NCBI GenBank assembly: GCA_937934115.1
Contig: CALHAH010000011.1
Coordinates: 15,948 to 79,947 of the forward strand
DNA length: 64,000 nt
Reading direction: 5' to 3'
DNA from: an uncultured Thermoanaerobaculum sp.
GTDB lineage: Bacteria > Acidobacteriota > Thermoanaerobaculia > Thermoanaerobaculales > Thermoanaerobaculaceae
The notes under the pieces were generated by a model that worked only from the letters and a program-made list of their open reading frames with translations, did not search any database and was not told the DNA's origin. The translations under genes were made by a program, and so were the position numbers. Shown here piece by piece: positions 48,896 to 56,716 of this stretch (position 1 is the stretch's first letter; every line of letters starts with the position of its first letter).

Positions 48896-48898
48896 ACC

Positions 48899-49291
48899 AT
48901 GCCGCACGTGATCCTTTCTGGGAAAGCGGACCTTGCGAAGGCATGGCAGGAGTTTCCGCAAGGCCCTTTCCGTTTAGGGAACGCCGTGGCGCGCGTGGAG
49001 GGCAGGTTCTTGAGCTCCTCCCGACGAGAGTTGCTTTTGGAGGCGGTGGTGGTGGAGTTTGGACGCCCCCTGCACCCGGTGATTTTGGTTTCCCATCGCC
49101 AGGAAGGGACGGCTGTGCACCTTTGGGATGTGGTCCGCGTGGAGCGCACGGAAGCCGTTAAAGCCTTTGTCGCGCTGGTGGCGCGGGAGCTTGTCCCCTT
49201 TGGTGCGGGCCAGGTGCGTACCACCAATCTCAAACCCGAGGTGCTCTCCGGGATCTCGGCGGCAGGGGCGGTGGGCGAAGGTCGTGAGTAG
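48899..49291 (+). CDS. hypothetical protein (130 aa)
   Basis: Starts 3 nt after the preceding stop. No recognisable motif. Confidence 0.45.
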   Translation: MPHVILSGKADLAKAWQEFPQGPFRLGNAVARVEGRFLSSSRRELLLEAVVVEFGRPLHPVILVSHRQEGTAVHLWDVVRVERTEAVKAFVALVARELVPFGAGQVRTTNLKPEVLSGISAAGAVGEGRE

Positions 49292-49302
49292 CGGTTGCAA
49301 GG

Positions 49303-49809
49303 TTAGTTTTCCTCCAAAGCTTTTTGCATTTGTTCGCTGCGCTCCACCTGCACATTTTTAAGCTGGTCCTGAATCCCATGGGTGACCGAACCGGGGCTTT
49401 CCCCTGCCAGCACGGAACGGACAATGGCCAGCTCGGATCGTGCCTTTTGTCTTTGCGGGTGATTCGGCTCAGGGCCTGCCTGGGCAAGGGCTACACAAGC
49501 GGCACGCAAAGCCACGGCCACGCGGTACTCGGGACTCCCCGGCCGGCTGCCCGCAGCCCACCCTGCAGCTTTTTGAGCAATGACCTTCAACTCCTGCGGC
49601 GCGGGTTGGGGTTCCAGGACCAAAGCTGCCAGGCGGCTGTAAAACCGTTGCGCTTCCCACCACTCCAAGCTGGCGGGTGGAGCCGCGCTTTGCGGTTCGG
49701 TTTCCCAGGTTCTAACCAGCTGCACGTCGTCACTGGCCTTTCGGGTAAAAAGCCAAAGTCCCACGGCCAAAGCCAAAACCAAAGCTAAAAGCGACAGTGC
49801 CCGTAGCAT
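49303..49809 (-). CDS. hypothetical membrane-anchored helical protein (168 aa)
   Basis: The start at ATG 49809 gives the TM anchor MLRALSLLALVLALAVGLWLF. The track ORF is extended to 50163 across the neighbouring gene. Confidence 0.5.
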   Translation of the reverse strand: MLRALSLLALVLALAVGLWLFTRKASDDVQLVRTWETEPQSAAPPASLEWWEAQRFYSRLAALVLEPQPAPQELKVIAQKAAGWAAGSRPGSPEYRVAVALRAACVALAQAGPEPNHPQRQKARSELAIVRSVLAGESPGSVTHGIQDQLKNVQVERSEQMQKALEEN

Positions 49810-49898
49810 GCGGTCCTCCGTGTATAGCCTACCTCCATGGGCCGTCCTCTGGGGAGGACATAAGCTGCACGCCGTGAAGGCAGCGGCAAGAAAAGAAC

Positions 49899-49914
49899 TG
49901 GCACGAGGTGTGCA
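49899..49914 (+). promoter_or_regulatory. sigma-54 (-24/-12) promoter candidate
   Basis: TGGCACGAGGTGTGCA fits the consensus TGGCACG-N4-TTGCW. GG (49900-01) and GC (49912-13) have the exact 12-nt offset. It is intergenic, 26 nt upstream of ATG 49940, with GAGGAGG in between. Confidence 0.5.
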
Positions 49915-49939
49915 TCGGCTTGCATCGAGGAGGTGCCCG

Positions 49940-50818
49940 ATGAAGCGATTGATGGCTTTGATGTTGCTCTTAGGTAGCACGGTCCAAGGGCGGGAGTTGG
50001 CCTCAATGTACGTGGTGCCGGCGGCAGCCAATACCCCTGGGAAAAACGGCACCGATTGGCACACCGATCTCACCTTGGTGAACCCCCATAGCTTTTCTTT
50101 GCCCATCGTTTTGCAGTTCCTGCCCACGGGACGGGACAATCGAGCCGGGGTACCCACCGTCACCTTTGACCTTTACCCTTACGAAAGCTTGAACCTTTGG
50201 GATGTTTTGGGTCCTAATGGGTTTGCCGCTCGTGGTTCTACGGGGGCCCTTTTGGTGGCCGCCGATACGGACAAGGTTTCCTGTCCCTCCAATTCGGCGC
50301 GGTGCCACTTTGTGGTGTTTTCTCGAACCTACACCGTCGGCCCCCTTCCTGGGGAGTTCGGCCAAGCTTTGCCGGGCTTTCCCGTAGGGTGGGGCTTGGA
50401 TAGGTCGGTCCTCGCGTACCTACCACAGCTTTCCAACGACGTGGATTTCCGCACAAACCTGGGAGTGGCGAGCGTAACCAACGACTTCGTGCAGGTGGGC
50501 TACGACGTGCAAGCCGCAGATGGGCGGATCTTGGCACGGGAAAGCACGTGGATTGCCCCGTACGGTCATGCGCAGTGGGCCCTTACCACCGCTGTCACCG
50601 GCGGCAGCGTGGTTTTTTACATCAAGTCCGGTCCGCAAGATGCCATGCTTTTCCCTTACGCCTCGGTGGTCCATCAGCGCACCGGCGATCCCGTGTACGT
50701 GGAAGCGCACATGACGGTGGTGGGGGTCTCGGCCCAGGGGCTTGCCGTCAGGTCTTTAGCAACCAGGCCTGAGCTTCCCCCGCGATTGGAGGTCCCCAGC
50801 TTCCGTTTGCCCCGGTAA
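49940..50818 (+). CDS. secreted hypothetical protein (292 aa)
   Basis: AGGAGG plus ATG 49940. Signal peptide MKRLMALMLLLGSTVQG. Beta-rich composition. No family recognised. Confidence 0.6.
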   Translation: MKRLMALMLLLGSTVQGRELASMYVVPAAANTPGKNGTDWHTDLTLVNPHSFSLPIVLQFLPTGRDNRAGVPTVTFDLYPYESLNLWDVLGPNGFAARGSTGALLVAADTDKVSCPSNSARCHFVVFSRTYTVGPLPGEFGQALPGFPVGWGLDRSVLAYLPQLSNDVDFRTNLGVASVTNDFVQVGYDVQAADGRILARESTWIAPYGHAQWALTTAVTGGSVVFYIKSGPQDAMLFPYASVVHQRTGDPVYVEAHMTVVGVSAQGLAVRSLATRPELPPRLEVPSFRLPR

Positions 50819-50841
50819 ATCCAGCCGCCGCCTTTGGGGAC

Positions 50842-50850
50842 TGTTAGAAT
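50842..50850 (+). promoter_or_regulatory. extended -10 element (TGTTAGAAT) 6 nt upstream of ATG 50857; possible internal, leaderless promoter
   Basis: TGnTAGAAT read directly. There is no SD between it and the start codon. Confidence 0.3.
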
Positions 50851-50856
50851 GCCACC

Positions 50857-51978
50857 ATGCTCGCGTCTTCGCGGGTTTTGGTGGTGGAGGACGACGTGGC
50901 CCTGGCCGCAGCGGAAGTGGAGCTTCTGCGGGAGGGGCTGCCCGGGGCTCAGGTTACCGCCGTTCACGATGGCTTGCGGGCTTGGGAGGTGCTGGTAGCG
51001 GACGGTGCCGAGGTGGTGCTTTCCGATGTGGCGCTCCCTGGAATTGATGCTCTTGAGCTTTTGCGGCGTATCCGCGGGGATCATAACCTGGCGACCACGG
51101 CGGTGATCCTGGTGACGGGCGTTATCGCGCCAGAACAACTCTTTTCGCTTTTGGAAAACGGTGCCGATGATTGCCTGGTAAAACCCATCCGCGGCGAGGA
51201 ATTGGTGGCACGTGTGCGGGCAGCGCTGACGCGGGTGGGCCGGCAGCGGCAGTTGGCCGCAAGGGCCCGCGAGCTGGAAGAAAAGTACGCCCGCGCCAGC
51301 GAGTTTTTGTCTTGGGTGTCCCACGAGATCCGCACCCCCCTTTCCGGCCTTATGTCGGCAGCCCACGTACTCAAGCGCTATGGAAGGCAAAGGCCAGAAG
51401 AGGTGGAACGTTTTGCCGAGGTGATTTACCGGGAAGGGCAAAGGCTTACCCGTCTTATCAACAACCTTTTGGACCTCGCCAAAATCGAGGCGGGCGAGGT
51501 GGAATGGCACGTGCAAGAGGTTCCCCTCTGCGAGCTTTTGCTGCACGTGCAGGAGGTTTTCCGCGCCCTCTGCGCTGATCGCTCGCTGCGCTTGCAGCTG
51601 GTGCCTTGTCCTGGGGCCTTTTTGCGGGTAGACGCCGACAAGCTTTCACAGGTGCTTACCAACTTGCTTTCCAACGCCATCAAGCATTCTCCTGAAGGCG
51701 GTATCGTGAGGCTCGCCTGTACTCGGTCCGAACGGTTCGTGCACATTGCCGTGGAAGACCAAGGTCCGGGGGTTCCCCCTGGGATGGAGGAGGTGATTTT
51801 CCAGCGCTTCCGTCAACTGGATCTCACCGACGAAAAGAGCGGCACCGGTTTGGGGCTAGCCATCTCACGGGAGATCGTGACGCGCTTGGGAGGGCGCATT
51901 TGGGTGGAGCGTTCCGCTTTGGGTGGTGCGCGGTTCGTCATTGAGCTGCCCTGTGTGGGCGATGCGGGGTCTTCCTAA
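50857..51978 (+). CDS. hybrid response regulator receiver-histidine kinase
   Basis: REC (VLVVEDD, VVLSDVALPG, LVKP). H-box SHEIRTPLSGL, N-box LLSNAIKHS, G1 DQGPGV, G2 GTGLGLAI. Confidence 0.9.
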   Translation: MLASSRVLVVEDDVALAAAEVELLREGLPGAQVTAVHDGLRAWEVLVADGAEVVLSDVALPGIDALELLRRIRGDHNLATTAVILVTGVIAPEQLFSLLENGADDCLVKPIRGEELVARVRAALTRVGRQRQLAARARELEEKYARASEFLSWVSHEIRTPLSGLMSAAHVLKRYGRQRPEEVERFAEVIYREGQRLTRLINNLLDLAKIEAGEVEWHVQEVPLCELLLHVQEVFRALCADRSLRLQLVPCPGAFLRVDADKLSQVLTNLLSNAIKHSPEGGIVRLACTRSERFVHIAVEDQGPGVPPGMEEVIFQRFRQLDLTDEKSGTGLGLAISREIVTRLGGRIWVERSALGGARFVIELPCVGDAGSS

Positions 51979-51979
51979 G

Positions 51980-54142
51980 ATGGTTCAGTTCGATAACCAG
52001 TACCGCCAAGTCAAACTTAAGATCGTGTACTACGGGCCTGCCCTGGGTGGGAAAACCACGTGCTTACAGTACATCCACCGGGTCACCGATCCGCAGCGCC
52101 GCACCCGCCTGTACACCTTGAACACCGCATCCGACCGCACGTTGTTTTTTGACCTCTTGGGGTTAGATTTAGGCCGGATTCGCGGTTACCGCTTAACCGT
52201 TCAGCTGTTCACGGTGCCCGGCCAAGTGCAGTACAACACCACGCGGCGGGCAGTGCTTTCCGGGGCTGACGGTGTGGTTTTCGTGGCCGATTCCCAGGCG
52301 GGTCAGGAAAAGGCCAACCTGGAGTCCCTGCAAAACCTTCAAGAAAACCTGCGAGCCAACGGCTTGGATCCCGAAACCATCCCGCTGGTTTTTCAGTACA
52401 ACAAGCGGGATTTGCCTAAGATCTTGTCGCGGGCAGACCTTGACCGCTTGCTCAACCCCAAGGGGTACCCGGTTTTCGAAACCGTGGCCACCACGGGACA
52501 AGGTGTGCTTGAGGCCTTTGCGGCCATTTGTGAGGCTACGGTGCTGTCGGTGGCTGATCGCTTGGGCATTACCGCTCAGGCGGATGCGCTCACGCGCTTG
52601 GTGGCCAACGTGCGTGCCGCCATGGCGCCTTTGATCCCAAAGAAACCCCCGGAAGTGGAAGCGCCGGTGGTGATTCGTACAGGCGGCGAAGGACAGCTGG
52701 GGCCGGAAGAGCTGGCGGCCGAGGCTGTGCGGGCTAACGCCGCCATGGCCGATCTCTCCGCACGGTTGGACCAGCTCTCCAAACAGCTTTCCCGACGGGT
52801 GGAGGAGTTACGGGCCCTCTTGGTGTTTTCTCAGGTGCTTAGCCAAGCGCGGGAGCCCGATGAGGTCACTACCGCTTTTTTCGAGCGGTTTTTGGTGGAC
52901 ATGAGGGTTACCGCCGGCACGTTGATCTTGGAAAACCCCAAGGGAGAGCTCGTGGAGGTTCTGCGCCGGGGCTTAGCCGCGGAGCCTTTGATGCGGCAAA
53001 GCCTGCAAGGAGAGGTGCCGGCGCGAGCGATTCTCCAGGGCCGGCAAGCGTTTCGCTTGGATGTAAGCGAGCTGGCACCGGGTCAAAGCCGGGAGCCTTG
53101 GATCGAAGAGGTCCGGGGCTTGGGGTTTGAGCACTTTTTGGCGGTGCCGCTGGTGGTGCAGGATCGGGCCTGGGGATTGGTAACCGCCTATGGAGAAGCG
53201 ACTCGCGGAGCTTTCCAAGACGAGGATTTAGAGCTGGCCGCCATCATGGGAGCGGTGGGGGCCGTGGCTATTGCCAACGCTCGCGCTTGGCATTCCCTGG
53301 AGCAAGTGAACCGCAATTTGGAAAGCTTGGTGGCGGCCCGCACCGGCGAGCTCCAGCAAGCGCTGACCAGGGCCGAGGCGCTGGCCAAAGAGCTTTCAGC
53401 CAAGAACCAAGAGCTGGAGGCCGCCTACCGCCGCCTGGCGGAACTGGATCGGCTCAAGGGCGAGTTGCTGCGACGGGTAGCCCACGAGTTCAACACCCCA
53501 GTGACGGCCATTCAAACCGCGGCGCGCATCCTCACCCGTTGGGATCAAATTCCCAAGGAAAAGGTGAACAACTTTGTGGGGATCGTGGTGGAAGAAGCCT
53601 CACGGCTTGGCGATCTCATTGCCTCGGCTTTGCAGGCGGCGGCGCTGAGCTTGCCCCAGGAAGTGGAGGAAAAGACCGCGGTGGCGGTGGCGGATCTCCT
53701 GCGGCAAGCGTTGGCGCCCGTCAAAGGAGAGGTGGCCGATCGGCAAATCAAGATGGCGGTGAAGGTGGCTTCTGGCTTGGAGAAGGTGGTGTGTTTTCCG
53801 CAGGCTTTGACGGCGGCGTTAACCGCACTTCTGAGAAACGCGGTGGAGTTCAACCAGCCCCAGGGGAGTGTCACGGTAACCGTCTTGCCAGTGCGCAAAG
53901 CAGGGCAAAGCTTTGTGGAGTTTCGGGTAGAGGACACCGGGGTGGGTATTTCCCCGGAGGACCTCCCCCAAGTTACCGAGCCCTTTTTCCAGGGAGGGAA
54001 CCTCCTCACCAGCAAACCCAAGGGCCTGGGGTTGGGGTTGGCGGTAGCCAAAAGGGTGGCGGAGCTGCACGGGGGGACGTTGGAGATCGTTTCGCAACCG
54101 GGGCAAGGAACCACGGTGAGCTTGCGGATAGCGGTGGGTTGA
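51980..54142 (+). CDS. MglA-like small GTPase domain fused to GAF-histidine kinase (720 aa)
   Basis: N-terminus: KIVYYGPALGGKTT (P-loop), SDRTLFFD (switch I), TVPGQ (switch II), VFVADSQ and QYNKRD (G4). A helical linker, a GAF-like module, H-box VAHEFNTPVTAI, N-box LLRNAVEFN, G1 DTGVGI and G2 GLGLGLAV follow. The ATG lies 1 nt after the upstream stop. Confidence 0.9.
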   Translation: MVQFDNQYRQVKLKIVYYGPALGGKTTCLQYIHRVTDPQRRTRLYTLNTASDRTLFFDLLGLDLGRIRGYRLTVQLFTVPGQVQYNTTRRAVLSGADGVVFVADSQAGQEKANLESLQNLQENLRANGLDPETIPLVFQYNKRDLPKILSRADLDRLLNPKGYPVFETVATTGQGVLEAFAAICEATVLSVADRLGITAQADALTRLVANVRAAMAPLIPKKPPEVEAPVVIRTGGEGQLGPEELAAEAVRANAAMADLSARLDQLSKQLSRRVEELRALLVFSQVLSQAREPDEVTTAFFERFLVDMRVTAGTLILENPKGELVEVLRRGLAAEPLMRQSLQGEVPARAILQGRQAFRLDVSELAPGQSREPWIEEVRGLGFEHFLAVPLVVQDRAWGLVTAYGEATRGAFQDEDLELAAIMGAVGAVAIANARAWHSLEQVNRNLESLVAARTGELQQALTRAEALAKELSAKNQELEAAYRRLAELDRLKGELLRRVAHEFNTPVTAIQTAARILTRWDQIPKEKVNNFVGIVVEEASRLGDLIASALQAAALSLPQEVEEKTAVAVADLLRQALAPVKGEVADRQIKMAVKVASGLEKVVCFPQALTAALTALLRNAVEFNQPQGSVTVTVLPVRKAGQSFVEFRVEDTGVGISPEDLPQVTEPFFQGGNLLTSKPKGLGLGLAVAKRVAELHGGTLEIVSQPGQGTTVSLRIAVG

Positions 54143-54143
54143 C

Positions 54144-54521
54144 GTGCCGGACGTGCTGGTGGTGGATGACGAGCCTGCCATTCGGGAGACCCTCTCCTTC
54201 ATCCTGGAGATGGAGGGTTTTACCGTGGATGTGGCGGTGGACGGCGAACAGGCGCTGGCCAAGGTGCGGGAAACGCACCCGCGGGTTGTGCTTTTGGACG
54301 TGATGATGCCGAAAAAGGACGGTTACCGAGTGTGCGAGGCAATCAAGGATGACCCGCAAACCGCCGCCACCAAGGTGGTTATTCTCACGGCCATGGGTCA
54401 AGCTGCGGATCGTGCCCGCGCCGTTGCGCTGGGGGCGGATGCTTACATTTCCAAACCCTTTGATGAGGACAGCTTGATTGTCCTACTTCGCAAGCTTATG
54501 GCGGAGGGACCCAGTGCTTGA
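54144..54521 (+). CDS. single-domain response regulator (CheY-like)
   Basis: VLVVDDEP, VVLLDVMMP, ILTA, ISKPF. The GTG lies 1 nt after the upstream stop. Confidence 0.92.
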   Translation: MPDVLVVDDEPAIRETLSFILEMEGFTVDVAVDGEQALAKVRETHPRVVLLDVMMPKKDGYRVCEAIKDDPQTAATKVVILTAMGQAADRARAVALGADAYISKPFDEDSLIVLLRKLMAEGPSA

Positions 54522-55398
54522 ACTGGGGGTGCTCACCGCCACCCCCAGCTTGCCCATATACCAGGAGCTGGTGCAGCAGGGATCCCAGCTGGGGGTGTTG
54601 GTGCACCTGTGGGATGCCACCCGCATGGTGGCACAGGTGCCGGGAGGGGTTGCCCTCGAGGGTCAACCCTTGGCCGTGGAGCGGGTACCTGTTTTCCTCC
54701 CGCGGGTGGGGAATTGGCGTCCGGAGTCCATTTTGGCTTTGGTCACGGCGCTGGAGCGGCAAGGGTGCGTCCCCTGCAACCGCCCGGAGGCCATTCGCCT
54801 GGGCCGTGATCACCTGCGCACCGTGGAAAGGTTGAGCCTTGCGGGCATCCCTCACCCGCAAACTGTGGCCGGAAGCGACCCCCTGGTCTTGGCGGAGGCG
54901 GCCCGGGCGTTGGGTTTTCCGGTGGTGGTGAAGGTCCGCCGCTCCCGTCAAGGTGTGGGCGTGATCCGCTGTGGCTCGTTGCCCGAGCTAGAAGCGGTGC
55001 TGGATGCCCTCTTCCGCTTGGGCGAGGAGGTGGTGGTGCAGCGCTTTTGTCCCCCTGGCGGTGAGAGCTTCCGGGCGTTGGTGCTCCAGGGATCGGTGCT
55101 CGGGGTAACCCGCCACCGGGCGCAGGAGGGCGAGTTTCGCACCAACGCCGCCCGCGGCGGGGTGGTGGAGCCTTGGCCCGCGGACGCAAAGCTTCATTCT
55201 CTCGCTGTCGCCGCAGCCACAGCTTGCGGTCTTGGCTTTTGCGGGGTGGACCTTTGGCCCGACGGGGAGCAACTGGTGGTGGGCGAGGTCAACCCGACCC
55301 CTGGATGGAAACACTTTGCCCGGGCTACGGGTCTACCGGTGGCTCGCCTGCTGGTGGAGGCGTTAATAGCCCAGGCGCGAGGGCAGGGGGACCGGTGA
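54514..55398 (+). CDS. rimK: RimK-family ATP-grasp alpha-L-glutamate ligase
   Basis: FPVVVKVRRSRQGVGV and the GEFRTNAARGG signature, then GVDLWPDGEQLVVGEVNPTPG. GTG 54514 overlaps the response regulator stop by 8 nt. Confidence 0.82.
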   Translation: MLELGVLTATPSLPIYQELVQQGSQLGVLVHLWDATRMVAQVPGGVALEGQPLAVERVPVFLPRVGNWRPESILALVTALERQGCVPCNRPEAIRLGRDHLRTVERLSLAGIPHPQTVAGSDPLVLAEAARALGFPVVVKVRRSRQGVGVIRCGSLPELEAVLDALFRLGEEVVVQRFCPPGGESFRALVLQGSVLGVTRHRAQEGEFRTNAARGGVVEPWPADAKLHSLAVAAATACGLGFCGVDLWPDGEQLVVGEVNPTPGWKHFARATGLPVARLLVEALIAQARGQGDR

Positions 55399-56564
55399 AC
55401 CCGTTTGCTTTAGTGGGGGAAGTGCGGCTCAAGCCCGGCAAGGAAGAGCCCTGCCGCCGTCGGCACCCTTGGGTTTACCGCGGGGCCTTGGCCGCAACGC
55501 TTCCCGAAAAAAAAGGGCCGGTAGCTGTATTTACCGCCAATGGGGAGCTTTTGGGTGTGGCCTTGCCCGGGGCTTCCACTGGTTCCTTGGCGTTGCGCAT
55601 GGTTGCCTTTGGCGAGGAACCTTGGAACGCTTCGGTTTTACGGCGGCGTTTGGTCAGGGCCTGGAAGCTGCGGGAAGTGGTGCGGGAGCACTCTGAGGCT
55701 TTTCGTTTCCTCCACGCCGAAGGGGATGGTGTTCCTGGTCTGGTGGCGGATGTTTACGGCCGCTTTTTGGTTTTTGAGCTTTACGAGCCAGCGTGGGAAA
55801 GCTATTTGCCGCTCTTGGTGGAGGAAGCCGCAAGGGTTTCGGGAGCAAAAACGGTGCTTTGCCGAAGGTCCTACGAGATAGGTGTGGAGGTACTCAAAGG
55901 TGCGGCACCGGCGGAGCCGGTGCCGGTACGGGAGTATGGGTGGCTTCTTGTGGCTGACCTTCTTGGTGGGCAAAAGACCGGGCTTTTTTTGGATCAGCGG
56001 GAAAACCGCCTGTTGCTTTCTCGCCGTGCTCGTGCTGCCAGGGTTTGCAACCTGTTTGCCTATACGGGGGGTTTTGCCGTGGCGGCGCGGGTGGGTGGCG
56101 CTCGCCACGTGGTCAACGTGGAAAGCTCTAAGAAAGCCTTGGCGCTTGCGCAACGTACGTACGAGGCCAACGGGCTTTCTTGGAACGAGGGCGAATTTGT
56201 GCAAGGTGATGCCTTTCTTGTAGCCAGGCAGCTGGCCTTGCGGGGGGAAAAGTTCGACTGGGTGGTGGTAGATCCCCCCGCTTTTGTGAAGGCCGCTGAA
56301 AAACAAGCCCGCGGTCTTTCCGGGTACCGCCATATCAACTTGCAAGCCCTGAAATTAGTGCGCGAGGGGGGAATGCTGCTCAGCTGCTCGTGCTCCGCGC
56401 GGGTGACCGTGGAGCAGCTGGAGGGGGCGCTGCTTGCTGCGGCTTTGGATGCTGGTCGGGAGGTGAGGGTCCTGGAACGACGAGGGGCGGGTCCGGACCA
56501 CCCCGTGTCTCTGTTTTGCCCTGAGGCTCGCCACCTTAAGGTCCTCTGGTGCGCGGTTTTTTAG
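55395..56564 (+). CDS. rlmI: class I SAM-dependent rRNA (cytosine-C5) methyltransferase RlmI-like
   Basis: PUA-like N-terminus (RLKPGKEEPCRRRHPWVYRGAL), QKTGLFLDQREN, NLFAYTGGF, VVVDPPAF. GTGA overlap with rimK. Confidence 0.85.
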   Translation: MNPFALVGEVRLKPGKEEPCRRRHPWVYRGALAATLPEKKGPVAVFTANGELLGVALPGASTGSLALRMVAFGEEPWNASVLRRRLVRAWKLREVVREHSEAFRFLHAEGDGVPGLVADVYGRFLVFELYEPAWESYLPLLVEEAARVSGAKTVLCRRSYEIGVEVLKGAAPAEPVPVREYGWLLVADLLGGQKTGLFLDQRENRLLLSRRARAARVCNLFAYTGGFAVAARVGGARHVVNVESSKKALALAQRTYEANGLSWNEGEFVQGDAFLVARQLALRGEKFDWVVVDPPAFVKAAEKQARGLSGYRHINLQALKLVREGGMLLSCSCSARVTVEQLEGALLAAALDAGREVRVLERRGAGPDHPVSLFCPEARHLKVLWCAVF

Positions 56565-56570
56565 CGGAGC

Positions 56571-56599
56571 TTGACACCTTGGGGGGGCTCGTTTAGATT
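56571..56599 (+). promoter_or_regulatory. sigma-70 promoter for tRNA-Gly
   Basis: TTGACA (56571-76), 17 nt spacer, TAGATT (56594-99), about 27 nt upstream of the tRNA 5' end. Confidence 0.55.
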
Positions 56600-56625
56600 T
56601 TTTCGCGGTGGGAAGCCACCGGCGA

Positions 56626-56701
56626 GCGGGCATAACTCAGCTGGTAGAGTGTCAGCTTCCCAAGCTGAAAGTCGCGGGTTCGAATCCCGTTGCCCGCTCC
56701 A
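56626..56701 (+). tRNA. tRNA-Gly (anticodon CCC), CCA encoded
   Basis: Manual cloverleaf. Acceptor GCGGGCA/TGCCCGC, D arm AACTCAGCTGGTAGAGT, anticodon stem TCAGC/GCTGA with loop TTCCCAA, T arm GCGGG-TTCGAAT-CCCGT, discriminator T, then CCA. Confidence 0.95.
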
Positions 56702-56716
56702 TTTTTGGAGGTTCCT

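Noticed and set aside
48287-48961. N-terminal 225 aa of track ORF 47594..48961, and similar long N-terminal extensions of dgt, uppS, rseP, rpe, rpiB, rlmI and xseA, considered as possible fusion proteins or pseudogenes
   Set aside because: In each case the recognisable family N-terminus begins at an internal ATG or GTG with an SD or a stop/start overlap with the upstream gene. The extension also overlaps a better-supported neighbouring gene. These are GC-driven open-frame read-through, not real extensions.
50532-50546. Second sigma-54-like string TGGCACGGGAAAGCA
   Set aside because: The GG-to-GC offset is 11 nt instead of 12. It lacks the TTGC core and lies in the middle of the secreted-protein coding sequence. 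It is most likely a chance match.
56626-56701. tRNA-Gly as a possible integration site of a genomic island
   Set aside because: There is no integrase, no phage or plasmid genes, and no direct repeat of the tRNA 3' end in the flanks I read. The neighbours on both sides are core genes (rlmI, bactofilin, zapA, rny).
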